Origin: Octopus sinensis
Lineage: Eukaryota
DNA length: 64,000 nt
Assembly (NCBI RefSeq): GCF_006345805.1
Contig: NC_043000.1
Location: 92,814,001-92,878,000, forward strand
Direction: 5' to 3'
Positions 49,188-61,682 of the stretch are shown here, in pieces. Both the position numbers and the translations under genes were made by a program. The notes beneath the pieces are model-generated. The model saw only the letters and a list, made by a program, of their open reading frames with translations. It had not been told where the DNA came from and did no database searches. Within the stretch, counting starts at the first letter, position 1. Every line of letters starts with the position of its first letter.

Positions 49188-49590
49188 TGCACAGGAGTGG
49201 CTGTGTGGTAAGTAGCTTGCTTACAAACCACATGGTTCCAGGTTCAGTCCCACTGCATGACACCTTGGGCAAGTGTCTTCTACTATAGCCTCGGGCCGAT
49301 CAAAGCCTTGTGAGTGGATTTGGTAGACGAAAACTGAAAGAAGCCTGTCGTATATATGTATATGTATATATAAATGTGTGTGTGTGTGTTTATTCCCCAA
49401 CATTGCTTGACAACCGATGTTGGTGTGTTTGTGTCCCCATAACTTAGTGGTTCAGCAGAAGAGACCAATAGAATAAGTACTAGGCTTACAAAGAATAAGT
49501 CCTGGAGTCGATTTGCTCGACTAAAGGTGATGCTCCAGCATGGCTGCAGTCAAATGACTGAAACAAGTAAAAGAGTAAAAGAATAAAAGA
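49188..49590 (+). mobile_element. SINE family A, full length
   Basis: Head, short TA/TG core, 3' half with gtaaaagagtaaaaga tail. Confidence 0.93.
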
Positions 49591-49904
49591 ATATTTATAT
49601 ATGTATGCATGTATATATGTGTGTGTGTATGTATGTATGTATGTATGTATGTATGTATGTATGTATGTACATATGTATCAGTATATTTGTAAGGGTATCT
49701 ATGTATACATATATACGAAGGCCATTATTAGCACTTAAATGAAAAAAAAATCAGATACTCCCATGGTGACTGAACTTCATATAAATTGCATTTTTGATGT
49801 TTATACTTCCTACTGCACAACAGAACATCTGCCATGTTCACTCTGCCAGATTAGCAATAAATGTTTTGCTAGCAGATACTAAGATTTTATGGGATCTACC
49901 ATTA

Positions 49905-49911
49905 AAACACT

Positions 49912-49949
<38 letters not shown>

Positions 49950-50160
49950 TATCACCATCATCATTGTCATCGTCGTCATCATTGTCGTTGTCATCGTCGT
50001 TGTCATTGTTGTTGACATCGTCATCATCATCATTATTATCCACATCATCATTACTATTTTTATCATCATCATCATTATTGTTATTATTATCATTGTCATC
50101 ATCATCATTGCTGTCGTCATCATCATGATCATGATCATCTTTATTATTGTTATTATTATT
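49905..50160. repeat. Degenerate (CAT/CGT/TGT)n tract
   Basis: Directly visible. Confidence 0.9.
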
Positions 50161-50466
50161 ACTCTGTTGTATGACATCCAGTTTCTGTATTCCGATAATG
50201 GCCCTGCAAACGATCAGTATGGTATTTGCTCAGTCAGAAGAGCTTCAAAAGACAGCAGGATCAAAGTCTTACCATCTAATGTCAGCAACATTGGCCAATA
50301 GCCATATGGTTGTAGATCTGTGTATATTGTTATATTATTTTTTTTTCCACTGAATAGAAAAACTAGTTGGCATTTTAATTAAATAAAGCACTTAGTAAAA
50401 GATAGAAGTATATATATATATATATAACTAATTTAGAGACAAACCACATATATTATTATATGTGTG

Positions 50467-50504
<38 letters not shown>

Positions 50505-51829
50505 AACACTTAAGACCAGGTACTAATAAAATGACAGATTTATGGTGTTACTAAGCACAAATTATCCTTTGTAAAATAAATTCATTATGGAAGCAAAATC
50601 CATGACTAGAACAGTTCCATGTTTAGAAGAGAGAGAGAGGGAGGGAAGCTGTTATTAAATATTAGTGGAAGAATAGTCAGGCTTCTCTTCTTAATTAAAA
50701 AAAATTTAGCTGTGGTTTAAATTTGGTTCGTATCCATATGATTTTGTGGTTCAGTCCCACTGCATAGCACCTTGGTCAAGTGGAATCATCTACTCTAAGT
50801 TCTAGGCTGACCAAAGAATCAAAGAAGCCTTGTGTGTGTGGATTTGGTAGATGGAGGTGAAGGGCTGGTGGCATGAAGGGCATCTGGCTGCACAAGAATC
50901 TTTCTCAGCAAACTCTGCCTGACCCATGAATGCATAAAAAGTGGATGTTAAAAAAGTGGTGAAGATGAGATGATAATGATGACAACGATGATCCCACTCT
51001 TCCTACTCTTCTTCTCCCTCTTCATCCCCCCTCATCCCTACCTCATTCCCTCCTCCTCCGCTTCCTCCTCCCATCCTACTCTCCACCCTCTTCTCCATTC
51101 TCCTCCCCATCCTCATCCTCCTCCACCTCCTCTTCGTCATCATCATCGTCGTTATCGTTGTCGTCATCATCATCGTCGTTATCGTCGTTGTCATCATCAT
51201 CATCATGTAAATGAAAACAAGGGTGATCTGCCATCAGCATTTGTGATGTAGTTTCGAAACGTTAAGTTTTAACATGGTATAACATAGTTAATACTGAGGT
51301 TTGAACCACCACACTCCAGTTCCATAGCTCAGAGCCACATGTTTATCTGTCAGAGCAATGAGGACCATTTAGTTATTCTTAAGGAAGACTAATTACTTGT
51401 GCGGTGACTTTGTTTAAAGTGAAGAAGAATTGTGCACCATCTACCTCATTCTCTTGTCCATGACTATCTTTAATCCAGTGGCAAAACTGTAACAAAAATC
51501 TAGTGGCAAAAATGTGCATCTGCTGAATAAGCATCTTTGGTCCTTTGATATAATAGTTTTATGCATTTAATCATTTAACAGAGTTGACTTCACCCAGCCA
51601 TATGAGAAACACCTTGAATAAAGTTGCATAAGATCATCAACATTTAGATTAGAATGTGTACTACAATTGGCTTAAAATAAATTGATTAAATGCATGCACT
51701 TATTCAGGACACTTATTCAGCAGAAATCTATATCAAAATATATGAAGAAGATGGTTCTTATTAAATAAATCTTAATGATGTATAACTCTCAATTCTTCAT
51801 TATTTTGTCTTGATAATATATAATATATA

Positions 51830-51878
<49 letters not shown>

Positions 51879-52043
51879 CGTATATGCATATATATATAAG
51901 CAAAATAGCTAGTTGTAAAGTCTCATGAAGAGATCAGAGTAGTAAAGCTCTGATCTCTTCATGAACAGTAAAGCCACTTTGATGTGGTGACTGGTTTTAT
52001 GTGTGTGTGTGTGTGTGTGCACGCGTGAGTGTGTGTGTGCATG

Positions 52044-52075
<32 letters not shown>

Positions 52076-52414
52076 GAAATTAATAAAGATCAGGAGAATA
52101 GAGATTTGCATATCCAAGTTACTTTATACAGTTAATCACACCATTCTTTGTTAAGAATTATGCATGTTTCTGCTGCCGGTGATAAGAGTGAACACAATAG
52201 CTGCTAGAATTATACATCCCTTGAAACCATTTTGGAATATATATATATTTATATATATATATATCAAATTGAAATTAAAATGAGGGTGAAATTTGATAAC
52301 ATCAATATTAATTTGATAACACCAATTCACATATTTGTTTTCTTGTGATTTACCTTGCATTTACTTGCATTGTTTTGGCCTTACCCACGATCTTTATACA
52401 AGATATATATATAC

Positions 52415-52448
<34 letters not shown>

Positions 52449-52456
52449 TTTTTTTT

Positions 52457-52843
52457 TTACTTGTTTCAGTCATTTGACTGCGGCCATGCTGAAGCACCGC
52501 CTTTATTCAAGCAAATCGACCCCAGGACTTATTCTTTGTAAGCCCAGTACTTATTCTATCGGTCTCTTAGGCCAAACCGCTAAGTGACGGGGACGTAAAC
52601 ACACCAGCATCGGTTGTCAAGCAATGCTAGGGGGACAAACACACAAACACACACACATATATATATATATATACATATATACGACAGGCTTCTTTCAGTT
52701 TCCGTCTACCAAATCCACTCATAAGGCATTGGTCGGCCCGGGGCTATAGCAGAAGACACTTGCCCAAGATGCCACGCAGTGGGACTGAACCCAGAACCAT
52801 GTGGTTGGTTAGCAAGCTACTTACCACACAGCCACTCCTGCGC
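52457..52843 (-). mobile_element. SINE family A, full length, young
   Basis: Reverse complement closely matches 37080-37544; CpG-rich. Confidence 0.95.
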
Positions 52844-52844
52844 C

Positions 52845-52977
<133 letters not shown>

Positions 52978-52983
52978 ATATAT

Positions 52984-53145
52984 ACGACTGGCTTCTATCA
53001 GTTTCCATCTTTCAAATCCACTCGCAAGGCTTTGGTTGGCCTGAGGCTATAGTAGAAAACACTTGCCCAATGTGTCACACAGTGGGACTGAACCTGTAAT
53101 CATGTGGCTGGGAAGCAAGCTACTTACCACAACAGCCAAGCCTGT
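52984..53145 (-). mobile_element. SINE family A, 5' half
   Basis: acgactggcttc..cacacagtgggactgaacc..ttaccacaacagcc. Confidence 0.85.
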
Positions 53146-53324
53146 GCCTTTTTAGTTGAACATACTTATTTTTATTTAAATCTGGTACTTATTCTATATA
53201 TATATATATATATATATGCATATGTGTGTGTTTGTCAATGTGTTTGCCCATCACCACAGCTTCACAACAAGTGTTGGTTTGTTTACGTCTTCATAACATA
53301 GCTGTTTAGCAAAGGAGGTCCAAT

Positions 53325-53963
53325 AAATAATAATAATAATAATAATAATTGTGTACAGTGCTCAGGTGCACTACAACTCATCTAAAGTGTATATATAATC
53401 AGGTGTAGTTTCGACGGATTTCGGGAAGCATGAGGGCCTTAAAGGATGCAGTGTTATGGCAGTCAACAACTGATGCAGGCAGTTTATTCACGCTTCAGCA
53501 ACCCTGAGCGTGAAAAAATGTTTCCGAAAGTCATGGGAGCTGTGCTGTTTTCTGACTTTGTAGGCATGTCCACGTGTGTTAGACACATGGAGATCAAAAA
53601 GGTGTTCAGTGTTGTTGTTGGTGAGGTGGTTGATAACCTTGTGGGTGTTTACCAAGTCCGTCGCCAGACGCTGGAGCTTCAGTGAATCCATGCCCAGGGA
53701 AACAAGGCGCTCAGAATATGGTAGGTGTCTGATGGAGGGTATGCGTTTGGTTGCACGTCTCTGGACAGATTCCAGGAGGTCAATGTTCTGAGCAAGATAG
53801 GGATTCCAAACTGATGATGCGAATTCCAAGTGTGGTCGTACCATAGCTGTATACAGTTTTAAATAGATGGCTGGAGAGCGGCTAACAAAAGTCTTGCTGA
53901 GTGATGCCAAGACACCCTCGGCCTTCTTGACAATTTTAGAGATATGCTTTGTCCAACGCAAAT
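53325..53963 (-). mobile_element. Young 5'-truncated CR1-clade LINE with (TTA)n tail
   Basis: LYTAMVRPHLEFASSVWNPY..LESVQRRATK..YSERL..TRGH..FFTLRVAEA; a 1-bp deletion at the W codon restores NKLPASVV..NYT*. Confidence 0.95.
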
Positions 53964-54781
53964 CACTATATATATATATAAGTATCAGTCTTACATGAAA
54001 ATAAGTATTGGGGTCTATTTATTGTCCAACTAAACCCTTTAAGACGATGCTCCATCATGGCCACAGTCCTATAAATGAAACAAGTAAAATGATAAATAGC
54101 AGCAGAGGTAGCAACAATAATGTTATTAAGTATTCGTATTTATCCCTTAGTCATCTTGCAGCAACTAGTAACAACAATTCATTATGCCAACCATAGCAAC
54201 AAATACAGCATTAGTCACTGGACACAAAGTGTAAGTCAAGCCTATATTTAACCATATGCCATCAAGTTTACTTCCAAATTGCTTTATAATTTAACATTCT
54301 ATAAAATCAAACAGGCCTGAAACTAAGCAAAAAAAAAAAAAAAAAAAAAACAGAAAACAACAACACAAAAAGAAAATAAAAAACAAAAGAGGTAATAAAA
54401 TATAGATGGTGGGTTGAGAAAAGACAGGGGAAACCATAACCATACAAAATGTAAAAATTACAAAAAGATCACTCAAATGACATGCTGTTTTAGTAGTGAT
54501 TATGTTCACAATTTTGTGACGATTAATATTAAAAATGATAAGCAGGAGGTTTGACAAGAACATATAGATCTTGAGCTATCTTTTTATCATAAATTCTTTT
54601 TGCCGGTAGTTTTCTAGCAATTTGCATTAATTCACTAGTACATTATAGCGGTCAATTCTTTCCTTGTTTTTTTTTTTCCATTTTATATTTTTTCAATTAT
54701 TTTTTTGTTCTCTTTTGTTTAGTAATTATTTATGTGTGCATATGCACACAGACATGCATAAATATGTGTCTATATGGATAA

Positions 54782-54829
<48 letters not shown>

Positions 54830-55224
54830 TTATATATCATCATTGCCATTGTCGGATTCATTGTCCTTGTTGCTTTGTTTTAATGTCAGCATTTTCCATG
54901 CTTGCATGGGTTGGACATAATCTGTTGAGGCAGATTTTCTCTGACCAGATGACCTTCCTATCACCATCACATGTGTATATGGTCATGTGTATAAAATGTG
55001 TGTGTGTGTATATGGTCATGTGAAAATAAACAGATCAACATACAGATGGATAGGTATATAGGTTATAAGAACAGACAAGCACACATATGCAAATGGAGAC
55101 TAACACACATGACCATATACACACACACACTTTACTCCTTACAAGGACACATATGGAGACACGGATCTACACACATAGAGATGCACATCCATCCATACAT
55201 ACAAACATGGTACATAGTTGCATA

Positions 55225-55255
<31 letters not shown>

Positions 55256-55669
55256 GACATGCACACACAAGGAGACAGAGGTGCATACATATACAAATAC
55301 ATGCTCACACACACACATACATAGAAAATACACAAACATGGACATGCAAGTACATGAATATACAGGATACATACATACAGATGCACACACACACACATAT
55401 ATACATACATATACATGCATACATGCACACATACATACGTACATGCATGCATAGGTACACACACACACTGACCCACACACATGCACACAAACAAACAAAA
55501 GGGAACACAGTGTAAATAATGGACAGAGTCAAGACTACTGAAAAGGTTGCAAGGTGCAACGAAAATTTTAGGAAAATGAAAATAAGAAATAAATGGAAAT
55601 TTTACCAGTGAGTGTGTTACATTATAAGGCACAAAAAGAAAATGACTCTCCCCTTACACAACAGTATAT

Positions 55670-55890
55670 ATATTTAGTTAATCCAAACATCAAAACACAA
55701 AGAGAAAACACAACAATGCGAGGACATGAAACAAATATAGTATTATTGGACGCTCAGGAAGAAGGGAAGAAGGAGGGTTTAACGTTTTGAGCGGAGCTCT
55801 TCGTCGGAAACATAGGAGAAGGAAAGATCCAGAGAAGGGAAGACAGAGGAAAAAAAATGGTACACACGTGCCAATGGTACACACGCGGTC
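55670..55890 (-). mobile_element. Penelope-like terminal repeat (family H) with minimal hammerhead motif
   Basis: Minus 55811-55777: gttt CCGACGA A GAGC tcc GCTC AAAAC GTT aaac. Confidence 0.65.
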
Positions 55891-55904
55891 AATCATAATC
55901 ATCA

Positions 55905-57655
55905 TCATCATCATTTAGCATCCATTGTCCTACAGGCATGGGCTGGACGGTTTTCACCAGAGCTGGCAAGCTGGAAGAATGCACCAGATAGCAGTCTGAT
56001 TTGGTATAATTTCTATGGCTGGATGCCCTTCTTAATGCCAACCACTTCAGGAACACTACTGGCATGGGTGTCATTTGCATGACACCAGTATCTGCCACAA
56101 CTGCAATTTTACTTGGGTCGATAGGTCTTCTTATCAAGCGTGACATTATGCTAAAGGTCTTGGTCATTCCCTCTATGAGGCCCAACACTCAACAGAAGCT
56201 CAGCCACTTTGCCTCCATGAGGCCCAATGCTTGAAAGCTGCTTTATCATATGTACAACTGGCAGGGGAACCACCAGTTACATGCTACCAGCATCAGCAAT
56301 AATTACGATTTCACTTGGTTTGATGGGTCTTTTCAAGCACAGTATATAGCCAAAGGTCTCGGTCACTAGTCATTGCCTCATGCTCCACCACCACATCCCA
56401 TGGCTTCCTGGGTCTACCTCTGCCACAGGTTCCCTTCACTGTTAGAGATTGGCACTTCTTTTCATAGATATCCTCGTCCACACGCATCACATGACCATAC
56501 CAGCACAGTCGCCTCTCTTGCCCACCACATCTGATGTCTCTTAAGCCCAATTTTTCTCTCAAGATGCTTACCTAACGCTTACACAATACTCAAAAGACGC
56601 TCTTTACATGCCACTGGCACGGGTGTCACTGGCACGGGTGCCACTGGCACGGGTGCCAGTGGCACAGCATCACCATCAGCCATGATTATAATTTCACTTG
56701 GCTTGATGGGTATTCTTCTCAAGCATATTATATCACAAAAGGTCTCAGTCACTAGTCATTGCCTCATGTTTCACCACCTTACCCTATGTCTTCCTGGGTC
56801 CCTCCACAGGTTCCCTCCACAGTTGGAGACTGGTACTTCTTTACTCAGCTGTCCTTGTCCATATGCATCACAAGATCAGCACAGTCATCTCTCTAGTGCA
56901 CCACATCTGATGCCTCTTATGCACAACATTTCTCTGAAGATGCTTACACTCTCTTGAACATGCACACTAACATTGCACATCCAGCAAAGCATACTGACCT
57001 CATTCCTTTCAAGCCTATGTATGTCTTTGGCTGTCACAGCCCGTGTTTCATTGCCATGTAGCATAGCTGTTCACACACAGGCATCACACAATCTGCCTTT
57101 AACTCTGAGAGAGAGGCTCTTTGTTGCTTGCAGAGGTAGAAGCTCTCTGAACTTTGCCCAGCCTAATCTTATTCTCACAGTTACGTTCTCAGAGCATCCA
57201 CCTCCACTACTAACTTGGTCACTTAGATAACAGAAGCTATCTACTACCTCTAGCTTACCCTCCTGGCAGTTGATGGAGTGTTTTTCTGGACATTTTCAGC
57301 GTTTATTATACCTGTGCATCTTCCACACACAAAAGCTATTTTCCCTGTTAACCTTACTTTGATATTGCTGCACTTCTTCTGAGTCCATAACTTACACCAG
57401 GTATATCATATGGAGTTTCTACATATGCCTTTTCTACACATTGAGCTGGGTCAAGGTGAAGGGATCTGTAATTTGTCTGCCTTCCTACCTACTAAGACTT
57501 TGGCTTTTACTAGGTTAACTCTAAAGCCCTTCAATTCTATACCTAGAACTTCTGTTCTAATTCTGGTAGTGATTCAGCTATAAGGACAAAGTCATCAGCA
57601 TAGAGGAGTTCCCAGGGGCAGCATGTCTTAAATACCTCTGTTATTGCCTGGAAGA
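55905..57655 (-). mobile_element. RTE family E: two stacked 3' fragments including the RT core
   Basis: [17 protein letters not shown] near 57600; the RT C-terminus (RRLCWYGHVMRV..GRGRPRKPW) occurs twice; 15-bp cactggcacgggtg(c/t) x3 at about 56610-56655. Confidence 0.93.
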
Positions 57656-58074
57656 CTATGATGAAATATGATATATATATGTGTGGATGTGTGTGTGTGT
57701 GTATATATGCCTATATGTATATATATCTATGTATATATATATATATGTACATATGTATATATATATACTCATATATATACATGCATATATGTATATATAT
57801 CAATGTGCATATATATATATGTATATATAGTGTAGTTTGTTCTACCAAGAACTACTTATGGTAGATAACACAAGTGAAACAGTGGCTTCTAGCTTCCTTT
57901 TAAGTTGATAACATTATCAGTATTTATCAAAAAAAAAGAGGAAAAGAAAAAGAACAGAAAAAAGCGAAAAAAGGAGGAAACCTTATCAAAAAAATTTACC
58001 ACAGATGTCATTCTTATGTATTTGTTTTTTTTTCGAGTGCCTGCCATGAATTTAGTACTCTGCAGAAGCTAGCA

Positions 58075-58430
58075 GTAGCCTCAGTACCAGCACTATCACC
58101 ACCAATTCCACTACCACCATCACTACCACAACACCGTCACCAGCACCACCAATGCCACTGCCATCACCACGACAGTTACTACCACGACCACCATCATTTC
58201 CATTATTGCTGCTGTCATCACCACAATCACCGCTGCAACCAGCACTGTCATCACCAATACCAGCACTGTCATCACAACGACTACCACGACTAACAGCATC
58301 ACTTCCATCATTGCTACTGTCATCACCACAATAACCAGCACCAGCACCACCACTGCCACTGCTGTCATCACCATGACCACCATCACTTCCATCATTGCTA
58401 CTGTTGCCACTGCAACCAGCACCGTCATCA
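58075..58430. repeat. Cryptic trinucleotide repeat with higher-order units
   Basis: catcacttccatcattgctactgt-like block three times. Confidence 0.8.
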
Positions 58431-58967
58431 CAGTCTCTCCACAAGGGACCAGGATCTGGCACATCATATGAGACATTTAGTAACAGACCGGCAGAAGAGC
58501 CACAACTTTAATACCAAGCAAAACGTAGTCAAAGTTTCGTGATTTTCAGAATGTGATATCTCAGCTAGGAATGAAGTTAGGAAGCTGGTTTTGAACCTAA
58601 AATGATCGTGCAGACCTTCTCTAATCATTCCACCTATGTAAAATTATTTATTTATATATCTATCTGAAAGATGAAACAATGACTGCATCTTTCTCATTTT
58701 GTAGAATATACTGGTACCATGAAATGGTGTATCACATTGCATATTTTGGCTATAATACCTAGAAAAAAACATAGTACTCCCCACCCAAAAGTATTGTTTG
58801 TGTTTTAATATACCAAGGTAAGTATCTTTGAGAGGTAAGACAAGATAATAAGATAATAGCCCATTATTGTTACAATGGTAAAGAGGAATTTTAGACAATG
58901 TGCCATAACATCTTGAGAAAGGATACAGGGACCACACCAAATTTGTTGATTGAGCATGTGTGCTTAC

Positions 58968-59107
58968 GATGGAGTGTGATTAAACTCTTTGGTCTGAGGT
59001 TGGGTGAACAAGCATCGTGTCAAAAGCATCTTGGTACAATTTTTTTCAGCAAGATTTTCGACCTTATTGCAAGCCTCACTGTTTCTTCCACCCAACATTT
59101 TCAGATT
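58968..59107 (-). CDS. Candidate 140-nt internal coding exon; unidentified
   Basis: Acceptor ttttctttgtcttaatgtctag, donor gtaagc, single open frame NLKMLGGRNSEACNKVENLAEKNCTKMLLTRCLFTQPQTKEFNHTP. Confidence 0.2.
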
Positions 59108-59434
59108 CTAGACATTAAGACAAAGAAAATGATATACTAACCTCGAAAATGGCCAGGTTGGTGCTTATGACACTCTGTTTTTAAACACCTCATATAAACT
59201 TGTAATTGTTTGTAAATAGAGAAATTAGCATATGTGTATGTTCTTTCCCATATGATAGTCAGAGAAGTACCATGCTTGTTCAATTTTAGAATAAGTTACA
59301 CCATGTCCCTTCATGCTGCAAGAGGCAACTAATTAAAAGAGCTGATGGCAGAAAAAGCATTGGGGCCTTTAAAGATTCTGTTGGGGGATTCTATCATAAC
59401 TATACTGCCAAGAGACAGTGAATCTAAAACAATG

Positions 59435-59930
59435 ACAATGCTGCTACTGCTGTTGCTGCTGCTGCTGCTGATGATGATGATGAGGAGGAGGAGGAGGGGG
59501 ACGATGACGACAATGTTGACAATGACAAAAATGATGACAGTGATGATGATGGTGATGATAATAAAGATGATGGTAAAGATAGTGACAGAGATGATAACAA
59601 TGATAATTATGACAATGATGATGACGAAAATTATGATGATGACAATGACGATGACAATGATGATGATGCCGACGACGACGACGATGATGATGATGACAAT
59701 GATGACGATAATGATAATGATAATGATGATGATGATGATAATGGTGATGATGATGATGATAATGATGATGATGACAATGATGATGATGATGACAATGACT
59801 ACGATGATAATGATAATGATGACGATGATGATAATGGTGATGATGATGATGATGATGATGATGACGACGATGACGATGACGATGATGATGATGAAAATGA
59901 TGACGATGATGATGATTACAATGGCAATTA
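59435..59930. repeat. Long degenerate (GAT/GAC/AAT)n tract
   Basis: Directly visible. Confidence 0.95.
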
Positions 59931-60319
59931 ACTTCAGCTAAGTACATATCTCTACAACTTCCCACTGAGTTTCAACTCCCTATGCTGTAAACAGAAAGTG
60001 GATGAGAAAAGGTTTTTAATGTAATTTTCCTTTTTGCATTAATTTTCATATTTTGGTCAGCATTGGAACCCTGACCATTGCATCTAAAAGTAAGGCTTCG
60101 AGCCGTCAGAATTATCAGCATATTGGACATAATAACTATCTTCTTGTTCATCGTGTTTTGAGCCAAAATTCCACTGAGAGCAACTTTGCTGCTAACTTTT
60201 CAGGGTTGATTAAATAAAGTAACAATGATATACTGGGGTCACTGCCATTGAGTAACTTATCGCCCCTTTAAATTCCTGACCTTGAGCCAAGTTTTGAGAC
60301 ATTTATATATATATATAGG

Positions 60320-60685
60320 TACAGGCATGGCTGTGTGGTAAGAAGTTTGCTTCCCAACCACATGGTTCCAGGTTCAGTGCCACATGGCACCTTGCACAAG
60401 TGTCTTCTACTATAGCCTCAGGCCGACCAAAGCCTTGTGAGTGGATTTGGTAGATGGAAACTGAAAGAAACTTCTTGTGTGTGTGTGTTTGTTTGTCCCT
60501 CCATCACTGCTTGACAATTGGTGTTGATGTGTTTAAATCCTCATGACTTAGCGGTTCATCAAAAGAGACCAATATAATAAGTACTAGGCTTAAGAAATAA
60601 GTCCTGGGCTAATTTGCTTAACTAAAACTCTTCAAGGTGGCACTCCAGCATGGCCACAGTCAAATGACTGAAACAAGTAAAACAA
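60320..60685 (+). mobile_element. SINE family A, full length
   Basis: caggcatggctgtgtggtaag..aaatgactgaaacaagtaaaa. Confidence 0.92.
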
Positions 60686-61108
60686 TTGCATTTGGTGAAT
60701 GTAGCTTCAGCAAAGAGGAATTAATGTGATCAGGGGATGTCCAGCAGCCAGTGTGTGATTCAACCCTGAATTCTAACCCCCACACCCCACGAAATAGTGG
60801 ACAGATGGCTTAATGTATTCAGAGCTTTATTACCCTTTTGTTGCAAAGCCACCCTCGACCCAAGTTTAATGCAAAATTTTATGTCAGTTCTTTGTTTCAA
60901 CTTCCGATCCATGACAAAATTGCAGACTATGGCATACACATGATCACAAGGACAAAAATTTCACAACCTGTGAAATAAACACAACGATGTCACCTGACAC
61001 ACTGCTTCATGAAGGTCACAGTTAGCTCTCAATGTGTGCACAACCATGTGCTGTCATCTTTTAGTGTGCTGCAGAACTAGTCTGTTATGATACTGTAAGC
61101 ATGTAAAA

Positions 61109-61414
61109 AAACCTCTCCCTTTTCAAGCCTAGCCAGGCTCATGGGCCTGGTTTCCCAGTTCCTGTAGCGTATGTGTTCCCCCCAGCTGGACCGGACACCA
61201 GTCCATTGCAGCGTTACTCAAGAAACAGGAAGAGAGAGTGAGAGAAAGTTGTGGCAAAAGAACTACAGGGGTCGCCACCACCCCCTGCCAGAGACTCGTG
61301 GAGCTTTTAGGTGTTTTCGCTCAATAAACACACATAAGGCCCGGTCAGGGAATCGAAACCACAATCCTCCGACCGTGACTCCGCTGCCCTAACCACTGGG
61401 CCATTGTGCCTCCA
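61109..61414 (-). mobile_element. SINE family C, full length with 15-bp TSD
   Basis: TSD tgtaagcatgtaaaa at 61094-61108 and 61415-61429; homologous to 7996-8296. Confidence 0.93.
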
Positions 61415-61449
61415 TGTAAGCATGTAAAAGTGGACATTAAAACAATACC

Positions 61450-61682
61450 TATTTCTTTACTACCCACAAGGGGCTAAACACAGAAGGGACAAACAAGGAC
61501 AGACAAACGGATTAAGTCAATTATATCGACCCCAGTGCATAACTGGTACTTATTTAATCGACCCCGAAAGGATGAAAGGTAAAGTCGACCTTGGCGGAAT
61601 TTGAACTCAGAACGTAGCGGCAGACGAAATACCGCTAAGCATTTCGCCCAGTGTGTTAACGCTTCTGCCAGCTCACTACCTT
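61450..61682 (-). mobile_element. SINE family B monomer
   Basis: Full reverse-complement match to the first unit at 26918. Confidence 0.92.

Noticed and set aside
51205-51265. tcgaaacgtta preceded by tgaaaac, a possible hammerhead relic
   Set aside because: No convincing helix I or II pairing and the CUGANGA box is not recoverable.
59345-59941. 198-aa Met-rich ORF suggestive of reflectin
   Set aside because: It lacks reflectin M/F-D-X5 motifs and the Tyr/Arg/Pro/Gly content; it is the ATG frame of a (GAT)n tract.
60061-60089. 29-nt micro-exon-like segment (IGTLTIASK)
   Set aside because: Good splice-like motifs but too short to assess without RNA data.
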